46,946 nt of DNA, from positions 1-46,946 of the forward strand of contig CAYVBH010000002.1 of NCBI GenBank assembly GCA_964449015.1, written 5' to 3'. Shown here piece after piece: positions 1-10,237 of this stretch (its first letter is position 1; every line of letters begins with the position of its first letter). This DNA is from an uncultured Bacteroidales bacterium (GTDB lineage: Bacteria; Bacteroidota; Bacteroidia; Bacteroidales; UBA10428). The notes beneath the pieces are model-generated. The model was not told the origin of the DNA. It did no database searches and was given only the letters and a program-made list of their open reading frames with translations. The position numbers and the translations under genes are program-made.

Positions 1-355
1 AGTCAATAAACACCCTGCTGATCCAGTGCAGGTATTCACGGTAATCCACATTCCGGACTTCAGTCTGGTCCATATAGAATGAACTCACGGTTACCCTTCT
101 GGGAGCATTGTTCCAGTCGTAAGTAACATCCTGTTCTACACGGCCCATGGAGAAGGTACCCCCTTCAATTAAAACGAGCCCCGGGCCAGTTTCCTGTTCG
201 CTACCGCTAATTACTTCAAATCCCCCGTTTTCGGGTTCGTTATAGTCCCAGCCGGTTGTAGAAGAAACAGATCCTCCGCCACCACCTTTAGAACAGCCAG
301 CAAGCAAAACCGCAAGTGCGGGAACAGCCAGAAATGCAGAAAACTTAACTTTCAT
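1..355 (-). CDS. gldJ: Partial (5' end only) GldJ-like / FGE-sulfatase-family gliding-motility lipoprotein
   Basis: The ATG is the reverse complement of 'cat' at 353-355, and the frame stays open to the window edge. My own translation is MKVKFSAFLAVPALAVLLAGCSKGGGG..TGWDYNEPENGGF..ETGPGLVLIEGGTFSMGRVEQDVTYDWNNAPRRVTVSSFYMDQTEV. It has a lipobox (LAGC) and the GxFxMG / WNNxPRRVxV pattern typical of GldJ/SUMF1-like proteins. gldJ sits next to porU/porV in Flavobacterium johnsoniae. Confidence 0.6.
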   Translation of the reverse strand, partial: MKVKFSAFLAVPALAVLLAGCSKGGGGGSVSSTTGWDYNEPENGGFEVISGSEQETGPGLVLIEGGTFSMGRVEQDVTYDWNNAPRRVTVSSFYMDQTEVRNVDYREYLHWISRVFID

Positions 356-419
356 TTTTTTAATTTTTGTATTCAAAAATATAAAATTATTTTCTTTCTT
401 TTTCAGTAATTATCAACTC

Positions 420-1403
420 TTAATAGGCCGGACAGATATTTTTTCTGTTTACCCTCGACTGATGTTCTTCCTTATACTTAAAGCGATATAAAAAGGTTAC
501 TTCGTGTGCTGCCATTTTTGTTGACAAAAAATTTATTTTTTTCATATTAACGTCATAGCTGTAAATAATATTGTATTTGTCCCATGAAAGACCGGCGCTT
601 AAAATAAAGGCATCTATGTTCATTTTGAGGTTTTGCCGGAACCAGGCTCCGGTCATTAAAACCGGGGTAATGTTCACCCTGGTTCCCCAGATCAATTCAT
701 GATTCCGGGATTGTACGGAATAAAATAACGAAGGTTCAACTGAAATGCCATTCTTACCACTCGCTTCAAATCGCCTGCTCACAAATGCCGTATACTTCAT
801 CGGCAGGCGCGATGTTTCCGCATTGCTGAATGAATCATAAGGCCGGGTCAAATGGCTCACCGAAATACCAAACGAGAATTGTTCTTTGTTGCGGGCTATA
901 ACCCCGGCCGAAAAATCCGGGTAGTTTTTGGCATAATTATCAAAAGCGACCGTACCGTAGCTGTATCCCAGCTCATTCAGAATGTCACTTCTAAAAACCA
1001 GCTCATCTGCATTGAACCGTTTCATTACCCAGGATGCACTTATTCCGGCACCAACCTGCCAGTTTCTTCCCAAATTCAAATTATATCCGTAAAGAATACC
1101 CGCCGAGGTGCGGTTGATAATGCCTCCGCCCTGAACATCATTCGTGCAAGTAATCCCCAGTCCGCTGTTTAATGATTTCACAGGTACAATCAATGCAGCC
1201 CCGTATGTTATGAATGTTGCCGGAATTCCGGGCCACTGGTTTCGGTAAGTCAGACCAATTTCTCCGGAAGAAGGAAGAGCTGCATAAGCGGGATTCACAT
1301 AAGGTATGTTGTACATGAAGCCAGAGAAATGGTAATCCTGCCCGAGGCTCAATGCACAAACGGAGAAAGCAATAAGAAGGATATTTATTCTTTTAATGGT
1401 CAA
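420..1403 (-). CDS. PorP/SprF-family type IX secretion system membrane protein
   Basis: 327 aa with a signal peptide followed by 'QDYHFSGFMYNIPYVNPAYAA', which matches the family's N-terminal signature (QD..FSQ....NPA.AG). The composition is beta-barrel-like, and the gene neighbours gldJ/porU/porV. Confidence 0.8.
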   Translation of the reverse strand: MTIKRINILLIAFSVCALSLGQDYHFSGFMYNIPYVNPAYAALPSSGEIGLTYRNQWPGIPATFITYGAALIVPVKSLNSGLGITCTNDVQGGGIINRTSAGILYGYNLNLGRNWQVGAGISASWVMKRFNADELVFRSDILNELGYSYGTVAFDNYAKNYPDFSAGVIARNKEQFSFGISVSHLTRPYDSFSNAETSRLPMKYTAFVSRRFEASGKNGISVEPSLFYSVQSRNHELIWGTRVNITPVLMTGAWFRQNLKMNIDAFILSAGLSWDKYNIIYSYDVNMKKINFLSTKMAAHEVTFLYRFKYKEEHQSRVNRKNICPAY

Positions 1404-1472
1404 AAGGTCAGATTATGTGGCTGTAAAACTATAATAATCTTTGTTTGTTTTATCATGAAGTAATAATAATTG

Positions 1473-1480
1473 TATTTTTG
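1473..1480 (+). promoter_or_regulatory. Candidate Bacteroidota -7 promoter element (TAnnTTTG) upstream of porU
   Basis: Exact 'tatttttg' lies about 69 nt upstream of the porU ATG, in the divergent intergenic region 1404-1548. Confidence 0.3.
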
Positions 1481-1548
1481 AAACGTTCAATAATTCATAT
1501 TATTTCCCGGGGTCCAGACTTTTTATATTCGTTGCAGTAAGAGCAGGC

Positions 1549-4500
1549 ATGATCAGGTACAACATATTCATATTGTCACTTCTTTTCTCCTTTCATCAGC
1601 TCAATTCCCGGGATTTCACTGTACAAAGCAGTTTTTCTGTTACTGAACCGGTAGAAACTTCAGTGCTGGCATCCGGCACATGGTATAAAATAAAGGTGTA
1701 CCAGGAAGGTGTTTACAAGCTCTCTTTCGAAGATATTTCAAATATGGGATTTTCAGATCCGTCTGCAATCCGGATCTTTGGTAACGGCGGTAAAATGGTT
1801 CCCCTGATGAATTCTGAACCGCGATACGATGATCTGATTGAAAACAGTATTTATATGGACAAGGGATCAGACGACTTGTTTAATGCCGGTGATTTCATTT
1901 TATTCTATGCAAAAGGCCCGGTGACATGGACCTACAATAATACCACCAACGCATACGAACAACAGGTAAATCTATATAGTAATGCTGCCTATTACTATCT
2001 TACCACTGAAGCAGGAATAGGAAAAAAGATCAATACAAGATCCGCAGTTCAGGGAAGTCCGCAGTTTTATATTACGTCATTTGACGATTATGCCTGTTAT
2101 GAAAAAAACAAATACAACCTGCTAAAATCAGGCCGCCAGTGGTTCGGTAAAAAGATACATCTTGAGGATTTTGACACGACCTTTATTTTCAGCAACCTGG
2201 AAACCACATCACCGGTAAAGTTAAAGATTAATGTGGCCAGCCGGTCAGCCGGTTCGCGGTTTTTTTCACTTATTGTGAATGACCAGACCATTGGAAATAT
2301 CATCTTACCCGCAATAGATCTGGATAATTTTACAGGTGTACATGCTACCCAGAAGTCGGACATGTACACATTTCCTGCAAGCAACAGCAGTTTAAACCTG
2401 AAATTGACCTACAACAGTTATGAAGGCAGCGATGAAGGATACCTGGATTATATCACCATCAATGCACGCAGGAAAATCAGCATGACAGGTGATTTCTTGC
2501 TGTTCAGTGACCGCACCCATACCGGTAACAGCTCTGTTGCAAGATACACCGTGGAAAACTGCAATGAGCAGACCGAAATATGGGATATCTCAAACCCATT
2601 CAATATTAACAAGTTAACTGTTCAACTTAATGGCGGTGTGATCAATTTTACCGACAGCACATTTTCTCAAAAGGAATATCTTGCAGTGAATACCAAAGCT
2701 GCTTTCGGGAAACCCGAAATAAGCAGTGACCTGCCTGACCTGGGTGTGATTCCCAACCAAAATCTGCACGCTTCTTTAGCGCACCAAATGATTATAGTAA
2801 GCCATCCCCTGTTTATGGAGGCTGCTGACAGTATAGCTGAACTGCACAGGGTTAAAGACAACCTGAGTGTTCTGGTGGTTAATGTTGATCAGATATACAA
2901 CGAATTCTCCTCAGGCATTGCTGATATCGGCGCTATACGCGATTTTTCGAGAATGATCTACAGCCGGTCAACCGATGAGGCCAACAGGCTGAAGTATTTG
3001 TTGCTGCTGGGAGACGGTTCCTTCAACAACATGTCAGGTATTTCAGGAAATTCAAATTTCATTCCCACATACCAGTCGGAGAATTCACTCGATGCGAGTT
3101 TTTCCTATGTGTCCGATGATTTCTACGGATTTCTGGAGACCGGTGAAGGAGGCTCTGAAAGCATGGGCAGTTACTCCCTGGACATTGGAACAGGCAGGCT
3201 TCCTGCCAAATCGGCGGAAGAAGCCATGGCATTATTCCGCAAGATCAAACATTATGCTGATAACAAAACGATGAAGGATTGGCGGAATAATATTCTGTTT
3301 GTCGGTGATGATGAGGATGGGAACATACACATGGCACAGGCAAACGGACTGGCGGATTTAGTCGGTTCAAACTTCCCCCGGTTTGCAATCAGGAAGATCA
3401 TGTTAGATGCCTTCCCTCAGGTTACCACTTCGTCTGGGGCAACATATCCTGAGGCAAGCCGCATCATACTCAATAACCTCATGAAAGGCCTGCTTATTTT
3501 TAACTATACCGGGCATGGAAGTGAATCGGGACTTGCTCATGAACATATCCTGATGGCAGAAGATCTGAAAAAGCTTGAAAACATCGATAATCTTCCCTTA
3601 TTTATAACTGCCACCTGTGAGTTCAGCCGGTTTGACGATCTGAAAGATGTTGAGGGAACATTCTACGAAAATACCTCGGCTGGAGAATTATCCCTGGTTA
3701 ATCCCGATGGTGGCAGCATTGCACTGATCACCACCACGCGGATTGTTTATTCAAATGATAATCATACACTTAACGCCATGTTGTATGATGTGATTTTCGA
3801 AAAGGACAGCAATGGCAATTTTTTTAAGCTTGGGGAGGTGTTGAAAACAGCAAAAAATACAATGGGCACCAACAGGAACAAGCTCAACTTCATTCTGCTG
3901 GGTGATCCGGCACTGACTCTGGCCATACCAAGTTATCATATTGTCACAGACTCACTCAACGGCATACCGGTTAATGAACCCCTCGACACACTGAAGGCAT
4001 TCTCAAAAATCAGAATATCCGGCCATGTTGAGGATGGCAGTGGTAATTTACTGGAGACATATACCGGAACCGTGCATCCTTCAGTATTCGACAAAACCAA
4101 GAAAATCACCACACTGGCTAATGACGTTAATGCCATGCCCATGCAGTTCAATGCACGGGAAGATTTGCTTTATAAAGGTAAGGCCAGTATCACTAACGGA
4201 AAATTCACATTCGAGTTCATGGTACCAAAAGATATTACTTACAGCTATGGATCGGGGAAGATTGTTTATTATTCAACTGACCAGCAGGTTGATGCCAATG
4301 GCTATTTCAACAATTGTGTGATAGGCGGAACCTATGAAGCGAGTACCTTTGATGAAAGCGGGCCCGATATCTCGCTGTATCTGAATGATGAATACTTTAA
4401 CGATGAAGGAATCACCAATCCAGACCCGGTCATTTATGCCATCATTAATGATGAAAGCGGAATCAACACTATTGGCAACGGAATCGGGCATGACATTACC

Positions 4501-5016
4501 GGTGTAATTGACGGAGATGTAAGCAAACCCATCATAATGAATGATTATTTTGAGGCGGACCTGGATAATTACACCTCCGGAATCTTGAAATACCCGATGC
4601 AGAACCTTGAAACGGGTTGGCACTCGCTCCGGCTAAAAGTATGGGATGTCTTTAACAATTCCAGTGAAGAAACCATTGAATTCAAGGTAATATCGGGTAA
4701 CAGCATCATTATCGCAAATGCAGGTAATTTCCCCAATCCGGCCAGTGATTACACGCATTTCACCTTCGAGCATAACCAGGCCGGAGAGATCCTCACCGTC
4801 AATATCAGTGTCTATGATATGGCCGGCAGGCATGTTGCCGGTTTCATTGAGAATGTCATTACATCTGGTTTCAACACCAGATTACCCGCATGGGACCTCA
4901 CTGATCAAAACGGCAATAAATTAAAACAGGGTATTTACCCTTACCGAATTATCATAACCGATGAAAATGGCCGACAGACCTGCAGCAACCAAAAACTTGT
5001 TGTGATCAGACAATAA
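1549..5016 (+). CDS. porU: Type IX secretion system sortase PorU (peptidase C25 family)
   Basis: 1155 aa with a signal peptide and a gingipain-like C25 core (..FNYTGHGSESGLAHE.., ..LFITATCEFSRFDD..). The C-terminal T9SS CTD-like segment reads NFPNPASDYTHFTFE...GIYPYRIII. It sits directly upstream of porV. Confidence 0.85.
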   Translation: MIRYNIFILSLLFSFHQLNSRDFTVQSSFSVTEPVETSVLASGTWYKIKVYQEGVYKLSFEDISNMGFSDPSAIRIFGNGGKMVPLMNSEPRYDDLIENSIYMDKGSDDLFNAGDFILFYAKGPVTWTYNNTTNAYEQQVNLYSNAAYYYLTTEAGIGKKINTRSAVQGSPQFYITSFDDYACYEKNKYNLLKSGRQWFGKKIHLEDFDTTFIFSNLETTSPVKLKINVASRSAGSRFFSLIVNDQTIGNIILPAIDLDNFTGVHATQKSDMYTFPASNSSLNLKLTYNSYEGSDEGYLDYITINARRKISMTGDFLLFSDRTHTGNSSVARYTVENCNEQTEIWDISNPFNINKLTVQLNGGVINFTDSTFSQKEYLAVNTKAAFGKPEISSDLPDLGVIPNQNLHASLAHQMIIVSHPLFMEAADSIAELHRVKDNLSVLVVNVDQIYNEFSSGIADIGAIRDFSRMIYSRSTDEANRLKYLLLLGDGSFNNMSGISGNSNFIPTYQSENSLDASFSYVSDDFYGFLETGEGGSESMGSYSLDIGTGRLPAKSAEEAMALFRKIKHYADNKTMKDWRNNILFVGDDEDGNIHMAQANGLADLVGSNFPRFAIRKIMLDAFPQVTTSSGATYPEASRIILNNLMKGLLIFNYTGHGSESGLAHEHILMAEDLKKLENIDNLPLFITATCEFSRFDDLKDVEGTFYENTSAGELSLVNPDGGSIALITTTRIVYSNDNHTLNAMLYDVIFEKDSNGNFFKLGEVLKTAKNTMGTNRNKLNFILLGDPALTLAIPSYHIVTDSLNGIPVNEPLDTLKAFSKIRISGHVEDGSGNLLETYTGTVHPSVFDKTKKITTLANDVNAMPMQFNAREDLLYKGKASITNGKFTFEFMVPKDITYSYGSGKIVYYSTDQQVDANGYFNNCVIGGTYEASTFDESGPDISLYLNDEYFNDEGITNPDPVIYAIINDESGINTIGNGIGHDITGVIDGDVSKPIIMNDYFEADLDNYTSGILKYPMQNLETGWHSLRLKVWDVFNNSSEETIEFKVISGNSIIIANAGNFPNPASDYTHFTFEHNQAGEILTVNISVYDMAGRHVAGFIENVITSGFNTRLPAWDLTDQNGNKLKQGIYPYRIIITDENGRQTCSNQKLVVIRQ

Positions 5017-5118
5017 AAACTCTTATTATGGGTTATTATGTCAGCAATCTGAACCTAGTGCAAAAATCCCGATAACAACCAGACAATTCAAATTGAAAAT
5101 AAATTTCAATTATTATTA

Positions 5119-5126
5119 TAACTTTG
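5119..5126 (+). promoter_or_regulatory. Candidate -7 promoter element (TAnnTTTG) upstream of porV
   Basis: Exact 'taactttg' ends 25 nt upstream of the porV ATG at 5151. Confidence 0.3.
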
Positions 5127-5150
5127 TGCCACTAAAATAATTTTAGAATA

Positions 5151-6338
5151 ATGATTTTAAGACGATTAACGGCAATATTGGCGTGCTTAACCGGTTTAAT
5201 AACAGGAGTAGTTGCCCAGGGATCCGGAGGAATAACCAAAGACCTGCTAGGTAGTGAATTAAATTCTATTCAAACCACTGTCCCGTTCACCACCATCTCA
5301 CCTGATTCACGAGCCGGAGCCATGGGAGATCTTGGCGTAGCCAGCTCACCTGATGTGAATTCCCAGCACTGGAATGCTGCTAAATATGTTTTTAGCAGGG
5401 ACAAAGCCGGAATATCACTTGCCTATACACCCTGGTTGAGAAACCTGGTGAACGATATCAACCTGGCCTACCTTTCTGCTTTTTATCGTTTTGATGACAG
5501 TCAGGCCATCAGCGCATCGCTTAAGTATTTCTCCATGGGCGAGATCATTTTCCGAGATATGGAGGGTGTAGAAACGGGCGAATATACGCCGAATGAATTT
5601 GCCATTGATGTCGCTTATTCCAGGCGGCTTTCAGAATATATGTCTGCTGCTCTTGCCTTGCGGTTCATTCGCAGCGACATTACCGGTGGCGGTAGTGTTG
5701 ACGGGCAGCAATACAATGCAGGTTATTCCTTTGCCGCCGATTTGGGACTGTATTACCAGCGTGAGGCAGGTTTGGGCGGAATGGATGGTGAATTTGCCTG
5801 GGGGTTGAATTTTTCGAACCTGGGTACAAAAATATCTTACACCGAAGGATCAGATAAGCAGTTCATCCCTGCCAACCTGCGCCTGGGAGCCAGATATACC
5901 CTTGATATTGATGAATACAATTCATTCACCCTGGCAGCAGATCTGAACAAATTGCTTGTGCCCACACCACCAAAGATGTCAACCAGCGGCGATACAGTGC
6001 TTTTTGGTAAAAAAATACCCAACTCCCTTCCGCTCAGTTGGATTCAGTCGTTTTATGATGCACCGGGCGGATTTAAAGAAGAAATGAAGGAAATCATGAT
6101 CTCAGCCGGAGTTGAATACTGGTATCACGATCAGTTTGCCATGCGCCTGGGATACTTCAACGAAAGTGACACCAAGGGAAACAGAAAATTTTTTACTGCC
6201 GGTATCGGATTGAAATTCAATGTGTTTTTTCTTGATTTTTCTTACCTGATATCCACCAAAGGGAAAAACAACCCGCTGGCCAACACCATGCGCTTTACAC
6301 TGGGTATGACATTTCCTGAAGGTCAAAAACGAAGATAA
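5151..6338 (+). CDS. porV: Type IX secretion outer-membrane protein PorV (LptO)
   Basis: 395 aa with a signal peptide. The motif 'TTVPFTTISPDSRAGAMGDLGVASSPDVNSQHWNAAKYVF' matches the conserved PorV N-terminal block. The C-terminal part is beta-barrel-like. Confidence 0.85.
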   Translation: MILRRLTAILACLTGLITGVVAQGSGGITKDLLGSELNSIQTTVPFTTISPDSRAGAMGDLGVASSPDVNSQHWNAAKYVFSRDKAGISLAYTPWLRNLVNDINLAYLSAFYRFDDSQAISASLKYFSMGEIIFRDMEGVETGEYTPNEFAIDVAYSRRLSEYMSAALALRFIRSDITGGGSVDGQQYNAGYSFAADLGLYYQREAGLGGMDGEFAWGLNFSNLGTKISYTEGSDKQFIPANLRLGARYTLDIDEYNSFTLAADLNKLLVPTPPKMSTSGDTVLFGKKIPNSLPLSWIQSFYDAPGGFKEEMKEIMISAGVEYWYHDQFAMRLGYFNESDTKGNRKFFTAGIGLKFNVFFLDFSYLISTKGKNNPLANTMRFTLGMTFPEGQKRR

Positions 6339-6349
6339 CTTCCAGGGTA

Positions 6350-6832
6350 ATGTTGATCAGGGTTGGTATCGGATATGATGTCCATCAGCTTGCCGAAGGC
6401 CGGAAACTCATACTGGGAGGCATAGAAATACCGCATGAAAAAGGAATAGTGGCTCATTCCGACGGTGATGTGCTTATTCATGCCATTTGTGATGCCCTCT
6501 TGGGAGCTGCCAACTTAAGAGATATCGGTTTTCATTTTCCCGATAATTCTGCTGCCTATAAAAATATCAGCAGTGTCATATTGCTTGAGAAAACCATTAG
6601 TATCCTTAAAGAAAAGGGATACCGGGTGGGTAATATTGACAGCACGATTTGCCTGCAACGTCCAAAGATTAAAGACATCATACCCCAAATGATTGAATGC
6701 CTTTCAAGGGCTATGGAAACAGACCCCGAAAATGTTTCGGTTAAAGCTACAACAACTGAAAAATTAGGTTTTGTAGGTGAGGAAAAAGGAATTTCTGTAT
6801 ACGCAGTTGCATTAATTTATAAAGAACTATGA
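6350..6832 (+). CDS. ispF: 2-C-methyl-D-erythritol 2,4-cyclodiphosphate synthase
   Basis: 160 aa. The motifs 'RVGIGYDVHQL..GR.L.LGG..IPH..G..AHSDGDVLIHAICDALLGA' are canonical for IspF. Confidence 0.95.
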   Translation: MLIRVGIGYDVHQLAEGRKLILGGIEIPHEKGIVAHSDGDVLIHAICDALLGAANLRDIGFHFPDNSAAYKNISSVILLEKTISILKEKGYRVGNIDSTICLQRPKIKDIIPQMIECLSRAMETDPENVSVKATTTEKLGFVGEEKGISVYAVALIYKEL

Positions 6833-7188
6833 GCCTGGTGGTTGTACTTGGCGCCAGTCCGAATCCTGAAAGGTACTCAAATAAAGCAGTCCGACGGCTG
6901 ATCAGCAATAATTACCAGGTGGTTGCCATTGGCAAACGTGAAGGAAGTATTGGCAACATACCTATAGTAACAGGACAACCTCCGCTATCTGATGTGCATA
7001 CTGTACTTATTTATCTTTCACCCGACCATCAGGGCGAAATATTTGATTATGTATTGACTCTCCGTCCCAAAAGAGTGGTGTTCAATCCGGGTACCGAAAG
7101 CCCCGAATTTGAAGAATGGCTTGAAAGTTACAACATCAGGGCAGTGCGTGACTGCTCCCTTGTAATGATGGCAACCGGAAGGTTCTGA
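6829..7188 (+). CDS. CoA-binding domain protein (YccU-like)
   Basis: 119 aa. 'VVVLGASPNPERYSNKAVRRLISNNYQVVAIG' matches the CoA_binding_2 N-terminal Rossmann motif. There is a 4-nt ATGA overlap with ispF. Confidence 0.7.
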   Translation: MSLVVVLGASPNPERYSNKAVRRLISNNYQVVAIGKREGSIGNIPIVTGQPPLSDVHTVLIYLSPDHQGEIFDYVLTLRPKRVVFNPGTESPEFEEWLESYNIRAVRDCSLVMMATGRF

Positions 7189-7300
7189 CCGGCAAATTCT
7201 TCCCGTTCGCCCAAATTCAATCCATCCATATCCTTCATCGTATTAATCGTTTTTTAATATAAAAATCATCATTTTACTTGATGTATTATTCTGTTGAATC

Positions 7301-7308
7301 TATTTTTG
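7301..7308 (+). promoter_or_regulatory. Candidate -7 promoter element (TAnnTTTG) upstream of the HmuY-like gene
   Basis: Exact 'tatttttg' ends 13 nt upstream of the ATG at 7322. Confidence 0.3.
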
Positions 7309-7321
7309 CAGTTCACTAAAA

Positions 7322-7924
7322 ATGCGTAAAATGAATTTCAGACTTTCAATTTTATTTGCCTCAGCCTTACTTTTTGTTGCATGTGAGGAAAAAGACAACA
7401 ACACGGCAAGTGAGGCAGCTACCGTGGTAATAAACGCTACCAGTTCAAACGCCTGGATATACTTCAGTTTTGATATAAATGATACACTTACAGTTAACGA
7501 TCCGTCGACTTCAAATGCATGGGATCTTGCCTTTCAGCGATACCGGGTTCGCACCAATGGCGGCTTATCGGGAAGCGGACAGGGATGTGCTGCCAATTCA
7601 GGCCTTACGGGACAGCAGGGATTCAACAACCTTACCCAGGCAGAAGACACACTTCAATTCATTCAGGATAATGAGATTACTATTGCCGTTCAGCAGGGAT
7701 ACGCAACCTATCTGGTTAATCCGCAATTGTATACCTGGTTCACTATGGAAATGGCCACTCAGGGTACCCAGATTGTGCCTACCGACAGCATTTATGTGAT
7801 AAGAACCGCCAGGGGCAAGTATGCAAAAATTTGGTTTAAGAGCTATTACAGCACCTCCAATGAGTCGGGTCACATCACCATGCAGTATCTTTACCAACCC
7901 AATGGTTCCGGGCAACTCGAATAG
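7322..7924 (+). CDS. HmuY-like lipoprotein
   Basis: 200 aa with a lipobox (LLFVAC). 'NAWDLAFQRYRVRTNGGLSGSGQG' resembles the HmuY-family core. It lies immediately upstream of a TonB-dependent receptor, as in hmuY-hmuR pairs. Confidence 0.5.
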   Translation: MRKMNFRLSILFASALLFVACEEKDNNTASEAATVVINATSSNAWIYFSFDINDTLTVNDPSTSNAWDLAFQRYRVRTNGGLSGSGQGCAANSGLTGQQGFNNLTQAEDTLQFIQDNEITIAVQQGYATYLVNPQLYTWFTMEMATQGTQIVPTDSIYVIRTARGKYAKIWFKSYYSTSNESGHITMQYLYQPNGSGQLE

Positions 7925-7988
7925 GTGCTCCTGCCAAGTTATACCAAATTGCGGAAATTAGAACAGATCATTTTATTAGTTTATTTCG

Positions 7989-10079
7989 ATGCTGATGAGA
8001 CAGTTCCTTGTCATATTATTCCTGTCACTGGATTTAGCCTTTTACGCTCAGGAAGCTGAACTATCAGGCTGCATATTGTTGCCCGACAGTTTGGGCGCTA
8101 CAGGTGCTATAGTGTATTTGGAAAATTCAACAGCCGGAACAGTTGCTGACAAAAGCGGCAATTACAGGATCAGCAAACTGAATACGGGCAATCACCTGGT
8201 GCGTGTTGCTCTTATCGGTTATGAAACCATCGAAAAAAACCTGACACTGGTTCCGGGAGAAAACCGGTTTGATTTTTCATTGGTTGCCTCACAGATCAAC
8301 CTGAATGAAGTTGTGGTAACCGGAACCCGAACCGAAAAAACCCTGAAAACGGTTCCCGTGATCACACAAACGATCAGTGCCCGAAAGATGCTCGATCTGG
8401 GCATTCACAATGTTGCCGAGGCCTTGCAGGAAGTGGTTCCCGGTTTCAGCATGAGTCGCCTGGGTACGAAAACGTCAGTAACCATGCAGGGGATGGATGC
8501 CAAATACGTATTGTTCCTGATTGATGGTGAAAGGATTGCCGGCGAAGTAAATGGCGATATCGACTATTCCATGCTGAATCTCGAGCAGATTGAAAGGATC
8601 GAGGTGATCAAAGGTGCATCCTCATCACTATATGGCTCCAATGCTATCGGCGGTGTAATCAACATCATCACACGAAAAATCGGCAGACCTTTTGAGGGCC
8701 GGCTATATTCGAAATATGCACGCAACAACGAGCTCAACACCGGCAGTTCTGTTGCCTGGAAAAAAGGGATTGTGGGAGGCAGAACCGGTTTCAATTATAA
8801 CCGAACTGACGGGTACGACCTTACACCCGAAACACCGCACGACTGGACTCAGAACCCCTATCAATCATTGAGCTTTAACCAACGGTTTGAGTTTACTCCC
8901 GGCAACTCGCTGACGCTTGCCCCAAATTTAAGTTATTACCAGTTCGAGCGGAAGAATGTAAGCGTTAGGCCTACCCACGATTTTTACCAGCAATACAATA
9001 TCGGGTTAAAAGGTAAATATTATATGAATAACAGCAACCTCGAGTTTTCCCTTTATCGCGATCGTTACAATACCTTCAACGTGCTGGAACTGCTTGATGA
9101 CAAACTCGAAAAGGAAGCATATGACATCATTCAAACTGTCAAAGTTCAGGGTAACTTTAAAATTAATGAAAAACACAATTTCATAACCGGGTTGGAATAC
9201 GGCCACGAGACCCTCTTTTCGATCAGAAATCAGGGTGGAGTGAAAGACGAAGGAGAGCTGGTTGTTTATGTTCAGGATGATTTGGAAGTAGGTGGAAAAT
9301 GGAATTTTGTAGCAGGCATCAGGGGCAGCCATCACAGCAGCTACGGATTTCATATCGCGCCTAAAGTATCGGCCATGTTCAGGCACAAATCGGTCAACCT
9401 GCGTGCATCGGCAGGGACAGGTTTCCGATCACCTTCCCTGAAGGAATTATATATGTATTTTGATCACTTTGGCGAATGGTATGTAATAGGAAACAAAGAC
9501 CTGAAACCCGAATCATCGGTTTATGTCGCGGCATCCATAGAGTATTCCAAGCCCTGGAATAATTCTTCAATTACAGTATACCGGAATGCATTAACTGATA
9601 TGATCACGGACCGCTGGCTGCCCGACTCAGTACAGCCCACACGTCAGTACCAGAATATAGCAAGTGCACATGTCAGTGGAGTGGATCTTTTAACAAGGCA
9701 GAAGATACTATCCAACCTGTGGCTGTCTGTTGGTTACAGCTATGTATATTCACATGACAATCAGAGTGGCGAACAGCTTTATGGCACCACCCGGCATTCA
9801 GGTAACGCCTCGGCGGACTATTTTTTCAGAAAGAAGCAATACTCTTTGGTTGCCCAGCTACATTGTAGGTTTAGCGGTGAGAAATTCTATGAAAAAGGTA
9901 CCGAAGGCCTTGAAAATGACAAGCCATATGCCAACCTGAAATGTACCATCACACAGGGTTATAAATGGATGAAGATTACATGTGGTGTTGACAATTTACT
10001 GAACACTATTCATCCCGATAACCTGAACTTTATTTCTCCCGGGAGAAGTTACTTTATCGGTTTGAACATCAATATCTGA
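7989..10079 (+). CDS. TonB-dependent outer-membrane receptor with N-terminal carboxypeptidase-regulatory-like domain
   Basis: 696 aa with a signal peptide. Plug-domain motifs are present (VVVTGTRTEK, IERIEVIKGASSSLYGSNAIGGVINIIT). A long beta-barrel ends in an aromatic-rich terminal strand (SYFIGLNINI). Confidence 0.85.
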   Translation: MLMRQFLVILFLSLDLAFYAQEAELSGCILLPDSLGATGAIVYLENSTAGTVADKSGNYRISKLNTGNHLVRVALIGYETIEKNLTLVPGENRFDFSLVASQINLNEVVVTGTRTEKTLKTVPVITQTISARKMLDLGIHNVAEALQEVVPGFSMSRLGTKTSVTMQGMDAKYVLFLIDGERIAGEVNGDIDYSMLNLEQIERIEVIKGASSSLYGSNAIGGVINIITRKIGRPFEGRLYSKYARNNELNTGSSVAWKKGIVGGRTGFNYNRTDGYDLTPETPHDWTQNPYQSLSFNQRFEFTPGNSLTLAPNLSYYQFERKNVSVRPTHDFYQQYNIGLKGKYYMNNSNLEFSLYRDRYNTFNVLELLDDKLEKEAYDIIQTVKVQGNFKINEKHNFITGLEYGHETLFSIRNQGGVKDEGELVVYVQDDLEVGGKWNFVAGIRGSHHSSYGFHIAPKVSAMFRHKSVNLRASAGTGFRSPSLKELYMYFDHFGEWYVIGNKDLKPESSVYVAASIEYSKPWNNSSITVYRNALTDMITDRWLPDSVQPTRQYQNIASAHVSGVDLLTRQKILSNLWLSVGYSYVYSHDNQSGEQLYGTTRHSGNASADYFFRKKQYSLVAQLHCRFSGEKFYEKGTEGLENDKPYANLKCTITQGYKWMKITCGVDNLLNTIHPDNLNFISPGRSYFIGLNINI

Positions 10080-10237
10080 AACAGAACACCGGAGTATATT
10101 CATATTTCCTTTTTGGACCATGCCAGGAACCTTTTTTTATTATAACATTTGGTCAAACTACGCTTGACTTCGGGTAAATAAAGTCGTAAATTAGTAGTAA
10201 TCATCTCATAGAGGTATTAAATCAAATTTATACAGCT

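Noticed and set aside
5091-5111. An AT-only hairpin (aattgaaa-ataaa-tttcaatt) after porU as a terminator.
   Set aside because: An 8-bp all-A/T stem is too weak to call a terminator, and porV follows closely and may be co-transcribed.
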